A stretch of DNA of 63,864 nucleotides, filler included, from Folioceros fuciformis (Eukaryota), in assembly GCA_049999805.1 (NCBI GenBank). It is 6 parts of 6 records of this genome, joined end to end, with 100 filler letters (N's around TTAATTAATTAA, not from the genome) between each part and the next. Parts side by side here need not be neighbours in the genome. Positions count along the whole stretch, not along the records: positions 27,585 to 45,813 come from JBNGIO010006355.1; positions 45,914 to 50,035 come from JBNGIO010006359.1; positions 50,136 to 58,108 come from JBNGIO010006361.1; 3 more parts are not named here. One strand, given 5' to 3'. Below, in pieces: positions 40,160 through 53,100 of the stretch; position 1 is the stretch's first letter, and the number at the start of each line of letters is the position of its first letter. The position numbers and the translations under genes are program-made. The notes under the pieces are model-generated. The model was not told the origin of the DNA, did not search any database, and worked only from the letters and a program-made list of their open reading frames with translations.

Positions 40160-41960
40160 TGTGGAGGAAAATATTGTACCCGGGGATACCGCAAGGTCCA
40201 CACAAACCCTCTATCTTGTTGTAGCCGTGGGATTCAATCCCAAGGGAATGATTTGTGCCAAATAACACTGGTTTCTTCTAAAATTCAGCTTCTGCCTAAG
40301 TCAGGCCCTACCTACCTCCGATTCTACTACCATTGCCCCCCCCCTGGTGGTCTAGCTACCACCACTCGACTCTCCAACTCCAAGACTCGCTCAGCCACGG
40401 GGGTAGGGGACTCTACAACTACTGACTTCACGATGATAGGTAGGGGCCTCCACAACTGGTAGCAGATTCCACTACTGGTGTGGGTCCCACCTCAAGATCC
40501 TAACTAATACGCGTCGTTTCTAGTATCACCGTGGGTTTCTACTTGGGATTCCCAAGTAGCGAGTTGGGGTTACTTAACACCCCACAAGAACACACTCAGA
40601 CATCCTAACTCCACGGGCGCTAACTCCCTACGCCTTTGTCCCCACATTGCTTCCACACATACCAATTCCAACCATATAGACGTACCTTACAGCCGCATTC
40701 ACTCACAACAACCGTCATGTTCCTTCAGCAGTCGTTTAGCGGTCTTTTATACCACAGACTTAGAACAATACTCTCCACAACTCACGCTCTCATGGTACAA
40801 CCAGCCTACACCTATTTCCAGCATATAGACACCTCTCACAACTCACTCAGCAACCCCATCTTCTTATACAGTCCCACGTATCACACTCCCTCGACAGCAT
40901 TCCCTAATACAAAGTTGTCGTGCTCCCGACATCAGCTGTTGTGAGCACTTAAGTTCAGTCCATCAGCTGCAAGGCTAATGTCTTGTGCACTAAGAAAAAG
41001 AGAACAAAAAGAGTGTCCATGTCTTAAGATGTTAGGCGGCTCACATGCGCCATAGCTCACTCCGTGTCGTAAAGTTGCAAAAAGGGGGTTGCCCTCGTTG
41101 CGCTGCCCAGAGTTGGTAAGTCACTAGTGGGATGCCACCATCTCCCTTACACCCTCAATCTGCACCAAATAGCTCTTTCTTTCATAGACGGCTAGTGAAC
41201 AACAAAAAAAAGGTTTAGGTCTTCCGGTGGTTCCTCTCATAAGCGACTTCGACAACTGCCTTTTTCCTTGCCATGTTCGGTCTCTTTGTTTGGTGCCCCT
41301 CCAAGCCGTTTCCCGTGGGCTATATGAGCCCACGTGCTTCTAGTGGGCAAGTAGCCATGGCTAGTATTTTAGCCATTTACGTAATTTAGGTTGAGACAGT
41401 TCTTTTACTTATTACTTATCTTATTTCCCATTATTAAATCAGCTAATTTAGGTGGAGTTAGTTTAATCACATATTATCTAATCAGTTGAATTCCACTAAA
41501 CTATCACGTTCACCATGACGCTCTACTATAAGTCCATCTCTTTGCCACAATTTCACGACAGTTGTTATGCTCCCAGCATCAGCTGTTGTGAGCACTTCAG
41601 TTCACTCTATCAGCTGCAAGGCTAATGTCTTGTGCACTAAGAAAAAGAGAACAAAAAGATTGTCCATGTCTTCCCCCCCCCCAGCTGACGGACGGGCTGA
41701 AAGCATGAAGAGCACGACAAGAGCTACACTCCTGGGTTGGTGACACCTGCTGCATCCGGTTGGCACTTGGGACAATACCAAAGTTGCTTCGGTACACTGG
41801 TAAGTGGTCGCTGTAAGCAGAAAAGGTGGAAACCCCCATTGCAGCCATCACAAACTAACATGAGCTCAACATCATCTATGCGTTGACAAACCTGACAAGG
41901 GTAGTCCGCTGGTGGAATCCAATCTGCTATGACAATAGAAGGATCAAGATTGGGCAAGTG
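40160..41960 (-). mobile_element. 3' end of a PHD-finger Ty3/gypsy-like element: PHD ORF end, PPT, and LTR with partial duplication
   Basis: HLPNLDP...CQVC...CDGC...HLFC...WYCPKC* (41960-41724); G10AAGACA PPT at 41682-41667 then TGGAC; LTR ends ...CCACA at 40160; ~110-bp direct repeat 40914-41025 / 41561-41672. Confidence 0.65.
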
Positions 41961-44896
41961 TGTTGAAATAACACCACAAGCTAAAATGGACTCCACAGTA
42001 CCTTACTTATGGTGCACAGGATGCTACATATATAGCCTTCAGGCGGGGCAAACCTCGATAAGGTAAGCCTTAGTCTCGAGGGTGCAATATCCTAGTATAT
42101 CCTGATATATCCTGATAACACTTAGGTGATAGATAACTACGAGTTCAATATGGGATAATCTACACTATCCTAAGTGTTGTATGCTCTTAATAACAATTCA
42201 GTTAGAGCTTGATTTCTAACACTCCCCCTCAAGCTCAGACTATTTGTAACACTCCAAGTAGTTCACGAAAGTGTAAGAACTTATCTCTACCTAGTGACTT
42301 AGTAAAGATATTTGCTACCTGGTCTTCAGTCTTCACGTGCCGAAGATCTATCTTCTTAGATAATATTGCTTCCTTGATGAAATGATAATGTACTTCTATG
42401 TGCTTCGAACGAGCATGAAACACAGGATTAGTAGCCAACCTCATGCTACTCATGTTGTCACAGTAGATTGTAACCTTGCTGTTCACTATATTTCCAAGAT
42501 CATGTAGCAACTTCTGCGACTAAGCTGCTTCACAGGCTGCCATTGCAGCTCCTCGATACTCTGCTTCTGTTCTTGACAAAGCAACTGTCGGTTGTTTCTT
42601 GCTTTTGCCAGCTGATCATACTACATCCCAGACTGAATGCATATGCACTGGTTGATCTTCTATCATACGCACAACCAACCCAATCAGCATCTGTATATCC
42701 TGTCAGTTCAAGATGCTTCCTATGCTCATAGAGCAATCCCAACTCAGTAGTTCCTTTCACATATCTCATGATTCTTCTAACTACATCCAAGTGCGGTTTC
42801 CTTGGGTTTTGCATGAATTGACTAATCAGTCCCACTGCATAACTTAAGTTAGGACGTGTGATAGTCAAGTAGATCAAACTTCTGACCATCTGTCGATACA
42901 TAGTCACATTTTCCAGCTCAGCTCCTACATCCATTTGCAGCTTGACATTCTGCTCCAATGGTGTATCCATCGCTTTGTAATCTGCCATGCCATACTTCTA
43001 CAACATATCCTTAGCATATTGTTTTTGGAATAGCCAGATTCCTTGAGGTGTAGACACAACCTCAATTCCTAAGAAGTATCTGAGTTAACCAAGATCCTTC
43101 ACCTTGAACTCTTTTTGCAGATTCGCCTTGACATGTGCAATACCATCTGCATCATCTCCTGTGATGATCAGGTCGTCAACATAAATGACAAGACACACTT
43201 GTCCTACCTTGGTCTGTTTTACAAACAGACTGTGATCTGCATCTCCAATCACAAACCCTCGCTCCTTCAAATAGCTTGTGATACGAGCATTCCATGCTCT
43301 AGGCGCCTGTTTGAGTCCATACAATGCCTTCTTCAGTTTGCAGACGTATGTTGGAAACTTAGGATAAACATAGCCTTCAGGCTATTCCACGTACACTTCC
43401 TCCTGCAACTCACCATTCAAGAAGGCATTCTTGACATCCATTTGCCATAACTTCCATCCTTTAGCTACTGCTAATGCTATGATTGTCCTTATAGTTGTCA
43501 TCTTGGCTATTGGACTAAAGCTTTCCTCATAATCAAGACCATACTGTTGTGCATATCCCTTTGCAACCAACCTGGCCTCGTAACGCTCCAGCGGTCCATC
43601 TAACTTGAACTTCAGCTTGTACACCCACTTAGAACCAATAGAAACCTTGCCATCAGGCAATTGAACCAAATCCCACGTTCCGTTCTCAACTAATGCTGAG
43701 TATTCTTCATCCATGGCTTAACACCACTTATCATCTGTCACTGCCTCAGCAAACTTGGTTGGCTCTTTACAAGCTGTGACCCTTGTCATATACGCATAAT
43801 GTTGCGCATTGTAGCTTGTATAGGTGTACCTGTCAATGGGTTTCCTAACCCTCTCAGATCTCCTTGGTCTTGGTTCATTTTGAACCTGCCTTGCATATTG
43901 TTGCTCCTTAGCACCTGGCGTTTCCACAGACGGAATGTCAAACTCACTGTCAGCGCTCTCACTACTTGAGGATTCATATCCCTCATTTCCAGTTTTGCTG
44001 CTTTCTACTCTCCCCCTCATTGACATATCCGGGTCAGTGGTCTTCAGTTCACCATTCTGCAGTCTTCCAGACCATGGATTCATCATTGGTGATCCACCAT
44101 TGGTCACATCCTCACTCTTTGCTGGAGTATTCTTAACAGTACTCTCCCCTGTGGGTTTGTCATAGGGTAGTGCAACTGAGTTGCTATACCAGGAGGCTAA
44201 CTCATCAAATACCACATCCCTGCTTATCAGGATCTCATGTGTGGATGGCACATAACACTTATATGCCTTCCTATTTCGTGCATACCCCAGAAAAACACTC
44301 TTCACTGCTTTAGGATCCAGCTTCCTACGCTTCTCATCAAGTACATGCACATATGCAATGCACCCAAACACTTTCAAGTGCCTAACATCCGGCTTATAGC
44401 CATACAGTCTCTCAATTGGTGTAGCATCATGAATTCCTGCCGTAGGAGTTCAATTCAGTACATACACTGCTATCATCACTGCTTCTGCCCAATAATCATT
44501 AGTTAAACACTTCTCATTCAGCATTGCCCTTGTTGTTTCCATGACTATCCTATTCTTCCTCTCTGCAACACCATTCTGCTGTGGTGTGTATCTGCAAGTC
44601 AGCAGTTGTCTTCGTATACCATGATTTGCAAGATACCTGTCAAACTCATTTGAGACATATTCTCCCCCTCCATCTGATCTTAGACAAGAGATGGAGCAAC
44701 TGAATTCATTTTCAGCATGCTTTTTGAAGTCCTTGAAAGACTCAAACACTTCATCCTTATGCTTCAGTATGTACAGCCACGTGTACCTACTGAAATCATC
44801 AATGAAGGAGACATAGTAGTGAGCTCCTCCAAACGATGCATTATGTGAAGGACCCCATACATCAAAGTGTATCAATTGCAAAGGTCTCCAATTCAT
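41961..44896 (-). mobile_element. Ty1/copia INT-RT-RNaseH with PPT and 3' LTR (41961-42221)
   Basis: HFDVWGP, LRSDGGGEY, QMDVKNAFL, YVDD, YTDADW, HARSKHIEVHYHF; PPT ttgagggggag; LTR termini TGTT...AACA. Confidence 0.93.
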
Positions 44897-44899
44897 CTG

Positions 44900-45813
44900 T
44901 GTGGCGCTCTTCCTAGTGATGGCTAGGTCCCCAATTCCTCGAGGTACAACCTCGTGGCCCCATACCCGTTATTACAACACCAAAACCCAATCCATATTTT
45001 GCCCTTTGCAACCAGTGAAGAGATAATCATGTTTTTACCATCAATTGTTTTAGTTAGGGTGGTTATCCATGTAAGCCTGATGCTGCTATTATAACTATTT
45101 ACCAATATTGTATATATGCTATGCTATTATCAATGTAATTATGCTTCCAAGGCTCCTATGCGTTCGCTCATTGTATTTGGCGCAAAACACTCCCCCTTCT
45201 TAGTATCATGCCATGCCATCCGAATCCTACACTGGATGTCTTTATGGTATCAAAGCTACTAATAGCACAGACAAGGTGTGAGCAATCATGCTCTCAAGAT
45301 GCTGAAGTGTGTAGTGCAGGGCTTCGTGTGGTGCCCATTTTCCTATCAAATATGCAATCTCAATCAAAATTGGAATAAGTGCAAGATTTCTACACAATCA
45401 CCAAGGACGCTGTGTGAAAGCGTCTAAAAATAAACCCTAACTTGCCAGGAAGACCAATGGGTGTGTTTTTTCTCTCCCCAGTCTAAGTTATTGTATTTAA
45501 GCCTAGATACACTTATTATTAAGGATGATATTACAAAAAAATAGTATATACATAGTTGTACTTATATTGAACACATAATAAAGGTAATTTATAAGTAACA
45601 CAATTGAGATGTATCATTGATGCATTATTATATTTTTTCATGGTGTCTGTTAACTATTCTTTTGCAAGATCTAATGCAACGATTTGCAGCGATTGTGTGA
45701 GATTGTGCAGTTGTCTGTTGGATTTGTGTTTCCAGATCTTTGTAGTGAATCCTTGAGTTTGGAATACTTATCCTAGCTCTACATTTTGGTGCGGGGATTC
45801 GCCTAAAAAAAAA
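44900..45813 (+). mobile_element. Probable LTR/PBS remnant
   Basis: tggtatcaaagc at 45245-45256 preceded by AT-rich LTR-like sequence. Confidence 0.4.
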
Positions 45814-45913
45814 NNNNNNNNNNNNNNNNNNNNNNNNNNNNNNNNNNNNNNNNNNNNTTAATTAATTAANNNNNNNNNNNNNNNNNNNNNNNNNNNNNNN
45901 NNNNNNNNNNNNN

Positions 45914-48900
45914 AACAGTTAAGTAGGTTACTCAAGTTACTAATTGATCAATCGTCGTTATAACTAAATACACTTTGTATTTAAATCGTATCATTAATGC
46001 TCAATCATCAATTCCAAGGGATTCTTGTCCCGCTACATGGTATCAGAGCCCCAGGCTCGTCCCCTCATGGCTTCGCCGCTGCTTCCCGTCACTGGCGCTG
46101 CACACTTCACAAGGATGGGTCAGCAGCAATTGAAGAATCCAGCAGACCAGAGATCCTAATCAGGAAAACATGGCAAGGCGACGCACCTCCGTGACTTTCA
46201 CTTCAATACACCGCGCTCCCACTCCTGAAGGGAGATCTTTCATCAACATAGTAGAGAAGCAAATCCACGACGAGCGACTCCGCCGCCGGTGGACTACGCC
46301 AACTACCAGCACACCTATCAGCACTCCAGCCACGGCCGCCCCGATCAAGCCCATCTCTCACTCACACGAATGCACGTACACCGCTTCCTCCCTAGCCAAC
46401 GTACCTGCCACACCTAAGTACTTGAGAATTCAATTGGACTGCATAGAGTCACAACTCGGCCCTGCATATCGCAATCAATCAGATTCCCTTCTACATACAA
46501 ATGTAAATCACGCACTCCTCACTTTTTTTGCTAGTCCTAATTCGAGGCCCCGCAGCCTTTTATGCCCAAATTTGATCCGCTCTCCCTTCATACCACAAAG
46601 CCCCCTACAAAGAAACTTGCAATTAAATCAGCCATGGCCTCTTATGTCCCTAATCCCACTTCTACGGTGATTAACACCACCAAAGTTGAATTTAGAGACT
46701 GTGATCACTTCAACGGAAGTGATTACGATATCTGGCAAATGAGAATCACAGCCATGTTAGAAGAACATGATCTAATGTCAATCACATACGGCACTTTGCC
46801 ACGACCCTCGCTCACCTCTACCACACCAGCTACCCTTGACCAGATAGCTGCATGGGACAAGAAAGACAAGAGGGCTCGCAACATCCTGATATCTGCGATT
46901 GACAAAACAATGCTACAACACACCCAAGGTCAGACGACCTCACATGATGTATGGAAAAGCTTTTAATGACATGTTCCAGGCACAGAGTTCAATGTCTCTA
47001 ATCAATGCCACAAGACAATTCTACTCACTGAGGATGAAGGACAGTGAGAGCGTCGAGCAACACGTAAACATGTTGCGGTCCCTGCGAGCGAAGCTCTCCA
47101 ACAGCGACACCGTCATCACCAAACTTCAGGCAGTAGGCGCAAACGCACCACCAGCCTACACCTTTTCAGACGTTATTTCAGCATTGCTCGAGAAAGAATC
47201 CAGCAGAATCGGCACCTCACGCAATAATGTTGGGGTAAGCCACGCCCTCTTCACTTCCAGAGGTCGAGGAAATAGGCGTGGTAAAGGACGAGGAGGTTTC
47301 CCCAAGCGAAGAGGCCCACCTTCTCCAAGCTTCTCGGGCTTCCCAAGTCGACAATTTTCACAAAACAGATCATTTGACAGAAGATCAGCCAAACGAGCAT
47401 GTAACTGGTGCAAAAATCTTGGTCACTACCAAAGTGAATGCCGAAAGAAGCAAGCAGGCGAGCCACGCAGAGAAGCTCCCAGAAACGAGTCTCACCTTAC
47501 CACAACTACCAAGTCGTCGTCAGCTAGTTCCATCTTAGCAATCTGCCTCACCCTTACCAAAACAGACACATGTCGTTGGTTCTTAGACTCTGGAGCCACC
47601 ACACACATATGTAGCTATCAAGACATGTTTACCTCCTACCACCCGGTCCTCTCCGACCAACACATCCTCTTTGGAGATGATAGTGCACTACCCATTCAAG
47701 GTTCAGGAGAAGTCCAACTGCGTCTTTCTACTGGAGAGCTCCTCACCATCAACAAAGTCCTCCACGTACTTGCAATGACCAAGAACTTGCTGGCAATCCG
47801 TAAGTTAGCCACAAAACATGACCTCACCATCACGTTCCAAGGAAACCACTGCACCATCTGTCACAACAAAGACCCTGAGAAAATAGCCCTAGCTCACGGA
47901 CTTCCCTTCAATGATCTTTACCTCTTAAACATCCAATCTACATCACTCTTGGTAGATAGCAGTCCACCAACATCCTCAAACAAGTCCTTGTTACGGCACT
48001 GCCGTGCAAGCCATATGAACTCTAGATACCTCAACATGCTTGCAAACCCCACCATGTATAAGGATCTTGTCAAGCTCAAAGTTCACAAGGACTTCTTCTG
48101 CAAGATATGTCAGTATACCAAGTTAAACCAATCACCTTTCAAAGACCCTTCTCCTACCCGTGCCAGACGACTGCTTAAGACAATCCACTCCGATATATGT
48201 GGACCCATGAGCACCGACTCCTTTGGAGGCCACAGCTATTTCATTACGTTCCTGGACGAATGGAGCAGATACTGCCATGTCTACTCCTTGAAGCGAAAGG
48301 ACGAGGCCCTTTCATGTTTCCAAGACTTTCTTCTCACTGCTGAGTGGCAAACAGGATTTCAAGTAACCACCCTGCGAACAGACAACAGGGATGAATACAT
48401 CAGCAATGCCTTCCAAAGATTCTGCCGCTCTAAGGGCATTCAACGACAGAACACGGTACCTTACACTCCCTCACAGAACCCTTTCGCTGAACGACTGAAT
48501 CGTTCCTTGTTGGAAGTCTTGAGGTCCCTCCTCAAACTTGTAGGCTTAACAAAAGCATACTAGGCAGAAGTTGTGTTCACTTCCACTTACCTGAAAAATA
48601 GGCTTCCAACTAAGGAACTCCCCTGCACTACTCCATTCGAGAGGTGGAGCGGCCACAAACCTAGGGTATCCCACCTCCATATTTTCGGTAGTCCTACCTT
48701 TGCCCACATTGCTGCAAAAACCGGAAGGAAGTGGGATGATACAAGTCGAAAGATGTTGTTCATAGGATACTTGGACCAAGTCAAAGCCTACCGGCTCTTT
48801 GATCCCCACTCTTGAGAGGTAATCCATTCCCGCATTGTTCATTTCCACAAAACCCATCTCCTCAACACACTCCTCCAGTCCTCCCTCACTTCCACTCCCT

Positions 48901-49684
48901 TGCCTGCACCTAGCATTTTGGGCCATTCTACCACTGAATCCCCCCTTGAGTTTGAAGGGGCCACAGACTACGATAACATCACCTCACTGCAAACTCAAAA
49001 GGTGATCCAACAAGAAGTACTTCAGCAACCTGCACCACCAACCTAACAACCACTAGCCCAATAGCCTGTACAGCAGCAACCAGACCTCTCTCACTCCACA
49101 TCATCTCCAGACTCCCAAATCCCAAAGGTTACTGTCCCGGAGATAATACCCCAAGTGTACCATCCCGAACCCACTTTGCCTGCACCTCCAGAAGCTATTA
49201 GAAGATCCACCAGAAACAAACCTACACGAAGTGAATGGAAAGAGCCACCATACACTCCTGGTGATACCCTCACAGGTCCCATGGAGCGCCAGGCATCCTC
49301 CATCTCTCAACCTCACACTGACTAGTTGGAAGATGTTGCACACCAAGCACTATCGGCCATTGAAATGTAGGGAGTACCCCTATCCATAGACGAGGCACTT
49401 GCTTCACCAGAATGGACAGCTGCAGTACAATCAGAGTATGACTCCCTAATGAGCAACAAAGCGTGGAAGTTGGTGGACTTACCGAAAGGAAGAACACCTA
49501 TCTCCTGCAAGTGGACATTCAGGCGCAAACTCAATCCAGACAGAACAGTAGCAAGACATAAGGCCAGACTTGTTGCAAGAGGCTTCACTCAGATCCCTGG
49601 CTTCGACTACGAGGAAACCAGACTTTTTAGTCCAATCGTGAAGTCGACCTCCATTAGAATTCCTCTTGCCTTTGTAGCACACCA
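45914..49684 (+). mobile_element. Ty1/copia element: LTR end, PBS 46038-46050, upstream ORF, gag-PR-INT-RT (degenerate); RT interrupted at 49685
   Basis: ctaCA-tggtatcagagcc; FNGSDYDIWQ; CNWCKNLGHYQSEC; WFLDSGATTH; IHSDICGP; ARLVARGFTQIPGFDY. Confidence 0.92.
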
Positions 49685-49990
49685 TGTGGGGGAAAATATC
49701 ACACCCAGGGGTGCTGCAAGGTCCACACAAACCCTCTTTGTCGTTACAGCTCAGGGATTCAATCCCAAAGGAATGATTTGTGCTAAATAACACGGGTTTT
49801 CTCACAAAGTCAGTTACTATCCAAGGTCAGACTTTACCTACCTTTCGCTCCTCTACCTGCCAATCAGCTACCACTACCTCCGTTGCAGCTCAGCTACCCG
49901 GGCCTTGTACTACCTTACGGACTCACTCAACTACCGGGGGGGGGGTCTTTTCAACTACCCCAGGGGTACTTCTACTGCCTCAGCTCTTCT
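49685..49990 (-). mobile_element. Second copy of the LTR 3' end seen at 40160
   Basis: tgtgg(a/g)ggaaaatat...gcaaggtccacacaaaccctct...gggattcaatcccaa(a/g)ggaatgatttgtgc(c/t)aaataacac shared with 40160-40275. Confidence 0.8.
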
Positions 49991-50135
49991 GATAGGTTAT
50001 ATTTAATTTTACCTTTTATTAGTTCAGGTTAGGGTNNNNNNNNNNNNNNNNNNNNNNNNNNNNNNNNNNNNNNNNNNNNTTAATTAATTAANNNNNNNNN
50101 NNNNNNNNNNNNNNNNNNNNNNNNNNNNNNNNNNN

Positions 50136-53100
50136 TCAGTTGGCTTGTGCACAACACGAGTAGCAAGTGAAAGGATGCCTTCGCGTTCAACCTCGCAGCT
50201 GAGTAAGCACATCCTAGACCGTAATGCGACTCCGGCAGGCCTGGTTCGTGCTCGAGTGCGCGCTCGTAGATTCCAATGGCCTCCATCGTCCGCCCGCTGC
50301 TGAGGGTCTGGTTTCCCAGACTGCATTGTTGATACCCGTTCACTCTTCGCTTCACGGCCTCGATTTTCTCCAGAGTGGTCTTCACAATTTTGGCATACCT
50401 GTAAGACCTTCGGACGGGTGTCCTGCATTGCGGGCTTAACACACACACATCCAATGGCCTGTCAAGCCATCCTCTCCGCGGGTTAGGAAATTCGAGAAAG
50501 CTGGAAGGGAGAATCGGATGCTTACCATTGCCTCGGTCTGATAGGTTTTGCAGAGGAAGACTCTCCCGCAGCATCTTCCCGGTCCATCCATCTGTCCAGG
50601 CCTGTTACCCCGAAGATATGCTTGCACTCGTGCAGCTGCACGAGCCTTTCCTTTCCTTTCAAGTCTGCCAATCGCGTTTTGGAGATGAAGTCGATTGTGT
50701 CCCCGTTGCAAATTTTGCACTTTTTGGGGCACAACTCCCCGCAGATCCCACTGCATCGGTGTCTTCATCCTGGCAATCTCCTGTTGCAACGCCGGTTGCA
50801 GCGAGGTCTCGTGCATGTCTCAAAGCACAGAAGGTTACATCGGTGATGCCTGCATTTCCAAGCACACCTTTCCCTGCACGGGATGCATTCCTCCCCACAT
50901 TTCAATGTGCAAGTACCGTGCACGCATTTCTTCTGACACGGCCGCTCGCAAGGAGGGCAGAAATCGGTGCAGGAAGCGGGGCACGCATGGCCGCATGGAA
51001 GCACCAGTTCGCATGGTCTGTGGCAAGGCACATGCTGCGATCCCTGCTTGCACAGTCCACAGCTTCCTGCACAGGAACAGGAACCGTTTGCACAGCTGAA
51101 TGCAAAAGGCTGACAAGCCAAGCAGAGAGAGTCTATGAGATGGTGCAGGTGTCAGAGGCGTACCTGCGCACTTGTGACCGCATCTTTCCAGTGTTTCTGT
51201 GCAAGGATTCCTGCAAACGATGCTCGCATCGTCTTCGTGGCAAGCATCCTCTTGGACGTGGCCACACCGTAAAGTTCTTGTCACTGGCTTCAGGCATCTT
51301 TCCACACAGGGCACACTACACTTATTAGAACAAGGATGCCCACAGCCTAAAATCTTTTCGCACCTTGCCTCGCACACGGCTGCGTCTACGGGCTGAGAGC
51401 ATGGCACTGCTTGTTCATGGCCACACCTAGGCAGCTGCCTTTTCATGAGAACTGTGCAGGGCGGGCAGCTAGATCCATGGTGGCATATCCTTGAACAAGT
51501 ATGCTCACAATTTTCATGCTGCTTTGAGCAGCTTTCAGAGCAGACGGCTTGCTCATGGTCGCTAGGGTGGCACCGTCGAGGGCAATCATGGCCACATTGT
51601 AACTGGAACCCGCATGGTTGGGCACAACCCCCATCCTCAACTTGTCTGAAATCAACATCCCGTGCCACTTTGGTCTCTCTCTCAGGATGATTCTGACAAC
51701 ATAGGATCAGCTGAGGGCCCAGCAGGCCGGACTGTCGGAGGGTTCCGGTGATTGTTCCCCAAAGTTCGCTTTTCCCAGCAAGAAAATCTGCATTTCCGAA
51801 GATAAACATTCCATATTTTGCTCTGGAAAGGGCAACACAGACTCTGTTGTGTATGATGAGGAACCCTATTCCACCAGTCCCATCATGCTTGTTATTCCGA
51901 ACAAGGGAAAGAAGAATGATTTTGCTCTCCTCTCCCTGAAAACCATCCACACTGCTGACTCTGGGGAAATCCTCTTCCTGGTTAAGATATTTCGTGCCTG
52001 CTGCAACTTTTCTTGGTAGGCAGGCAGCTTGGAGTCGCACATTCAAGAGACGCCTAATCTCTTCCACCTGAACATCAAAAGAGGTTGTAAGGGACCCGCA
52101 CCCAGCTTACTGAACCAGGAGGATGAAATCCGATTCACCTCTTCTAACAAGGAATGTAAATCCACGGTGACAAGTTTACCTGGCCGGCGTACATGCTCAG
52201 AATTGTAATGTCCTGCACAGAATAGCAGTCCTGCTTCAAAAGGTAGATACACACTTCCACAATCAGTTTCGCCTCCTCTTTGTTCACTTTAGATCCACTT
52301 TCTGAATCCCTGACGGAGCTCTCCTCCTCCTGGTGATCTACAAAGTAGACATTGTGTTTCGTACCACGAACATCGGGGAACTGGGTAACAGAAGGATCGT
52401 CTCTGAGGTGAGGGTAGATTGGCAGTAGCAGGGATGATATGGTTGGTCTCATTCGTCTTTGAACCTCCAGAGACTTGTATTCCACACCACCGGCAACCAA
52501 TCTCTCGAAGAGAGAAACATCCAGTTTGTGGTCCACAGCCAACCTGTGAACTTCTACTTTAGGCCGTAGCTGCTGATGATCCCCAATGAGGATGAGATGC
52601 TTGGTGTAACGACTCAAACAAGCCAGAATATGGCTTTCCAGAACCTCGGTTGCTTCTTCCACTATTACAATCTCTGGCTTCAGGGAGGCCAAAGTATCAC
52701 GCATTCGGGCAGCTCCAGTGGTAGTCATACCCACGACCTTCGCTTGTCTAAGTAGGCGTAGATGCACCTCGTTTTCCACTTGTAGTCTGGCTTTGCAGGC
52801 CTCTTCGTACTCGGCGGATAATCTCGTAATTTCCAGCTCGGCTTTCCTGTTGATGGCCGTAATCCAACACTGGTGCAGCCTCAGTCTGAAAGACCGACGC
52901 AATTTCCAAACGTCACCAACATTGATGAAGTCGTCCTCAAGTGTTATTTGTTCACATTGGTCTGAACTCCCGTTTCCTGGCTCATCATCTGTTGTCTTGA
53001 TATCTAACAGTTGCCGCCCCTCTACAGGTGCAGTGTCCTCTTCGAAACTGGAGTCTGCAAGAAGGAAACCATAGCAAACATGTCACCCGAATAGATAAGA

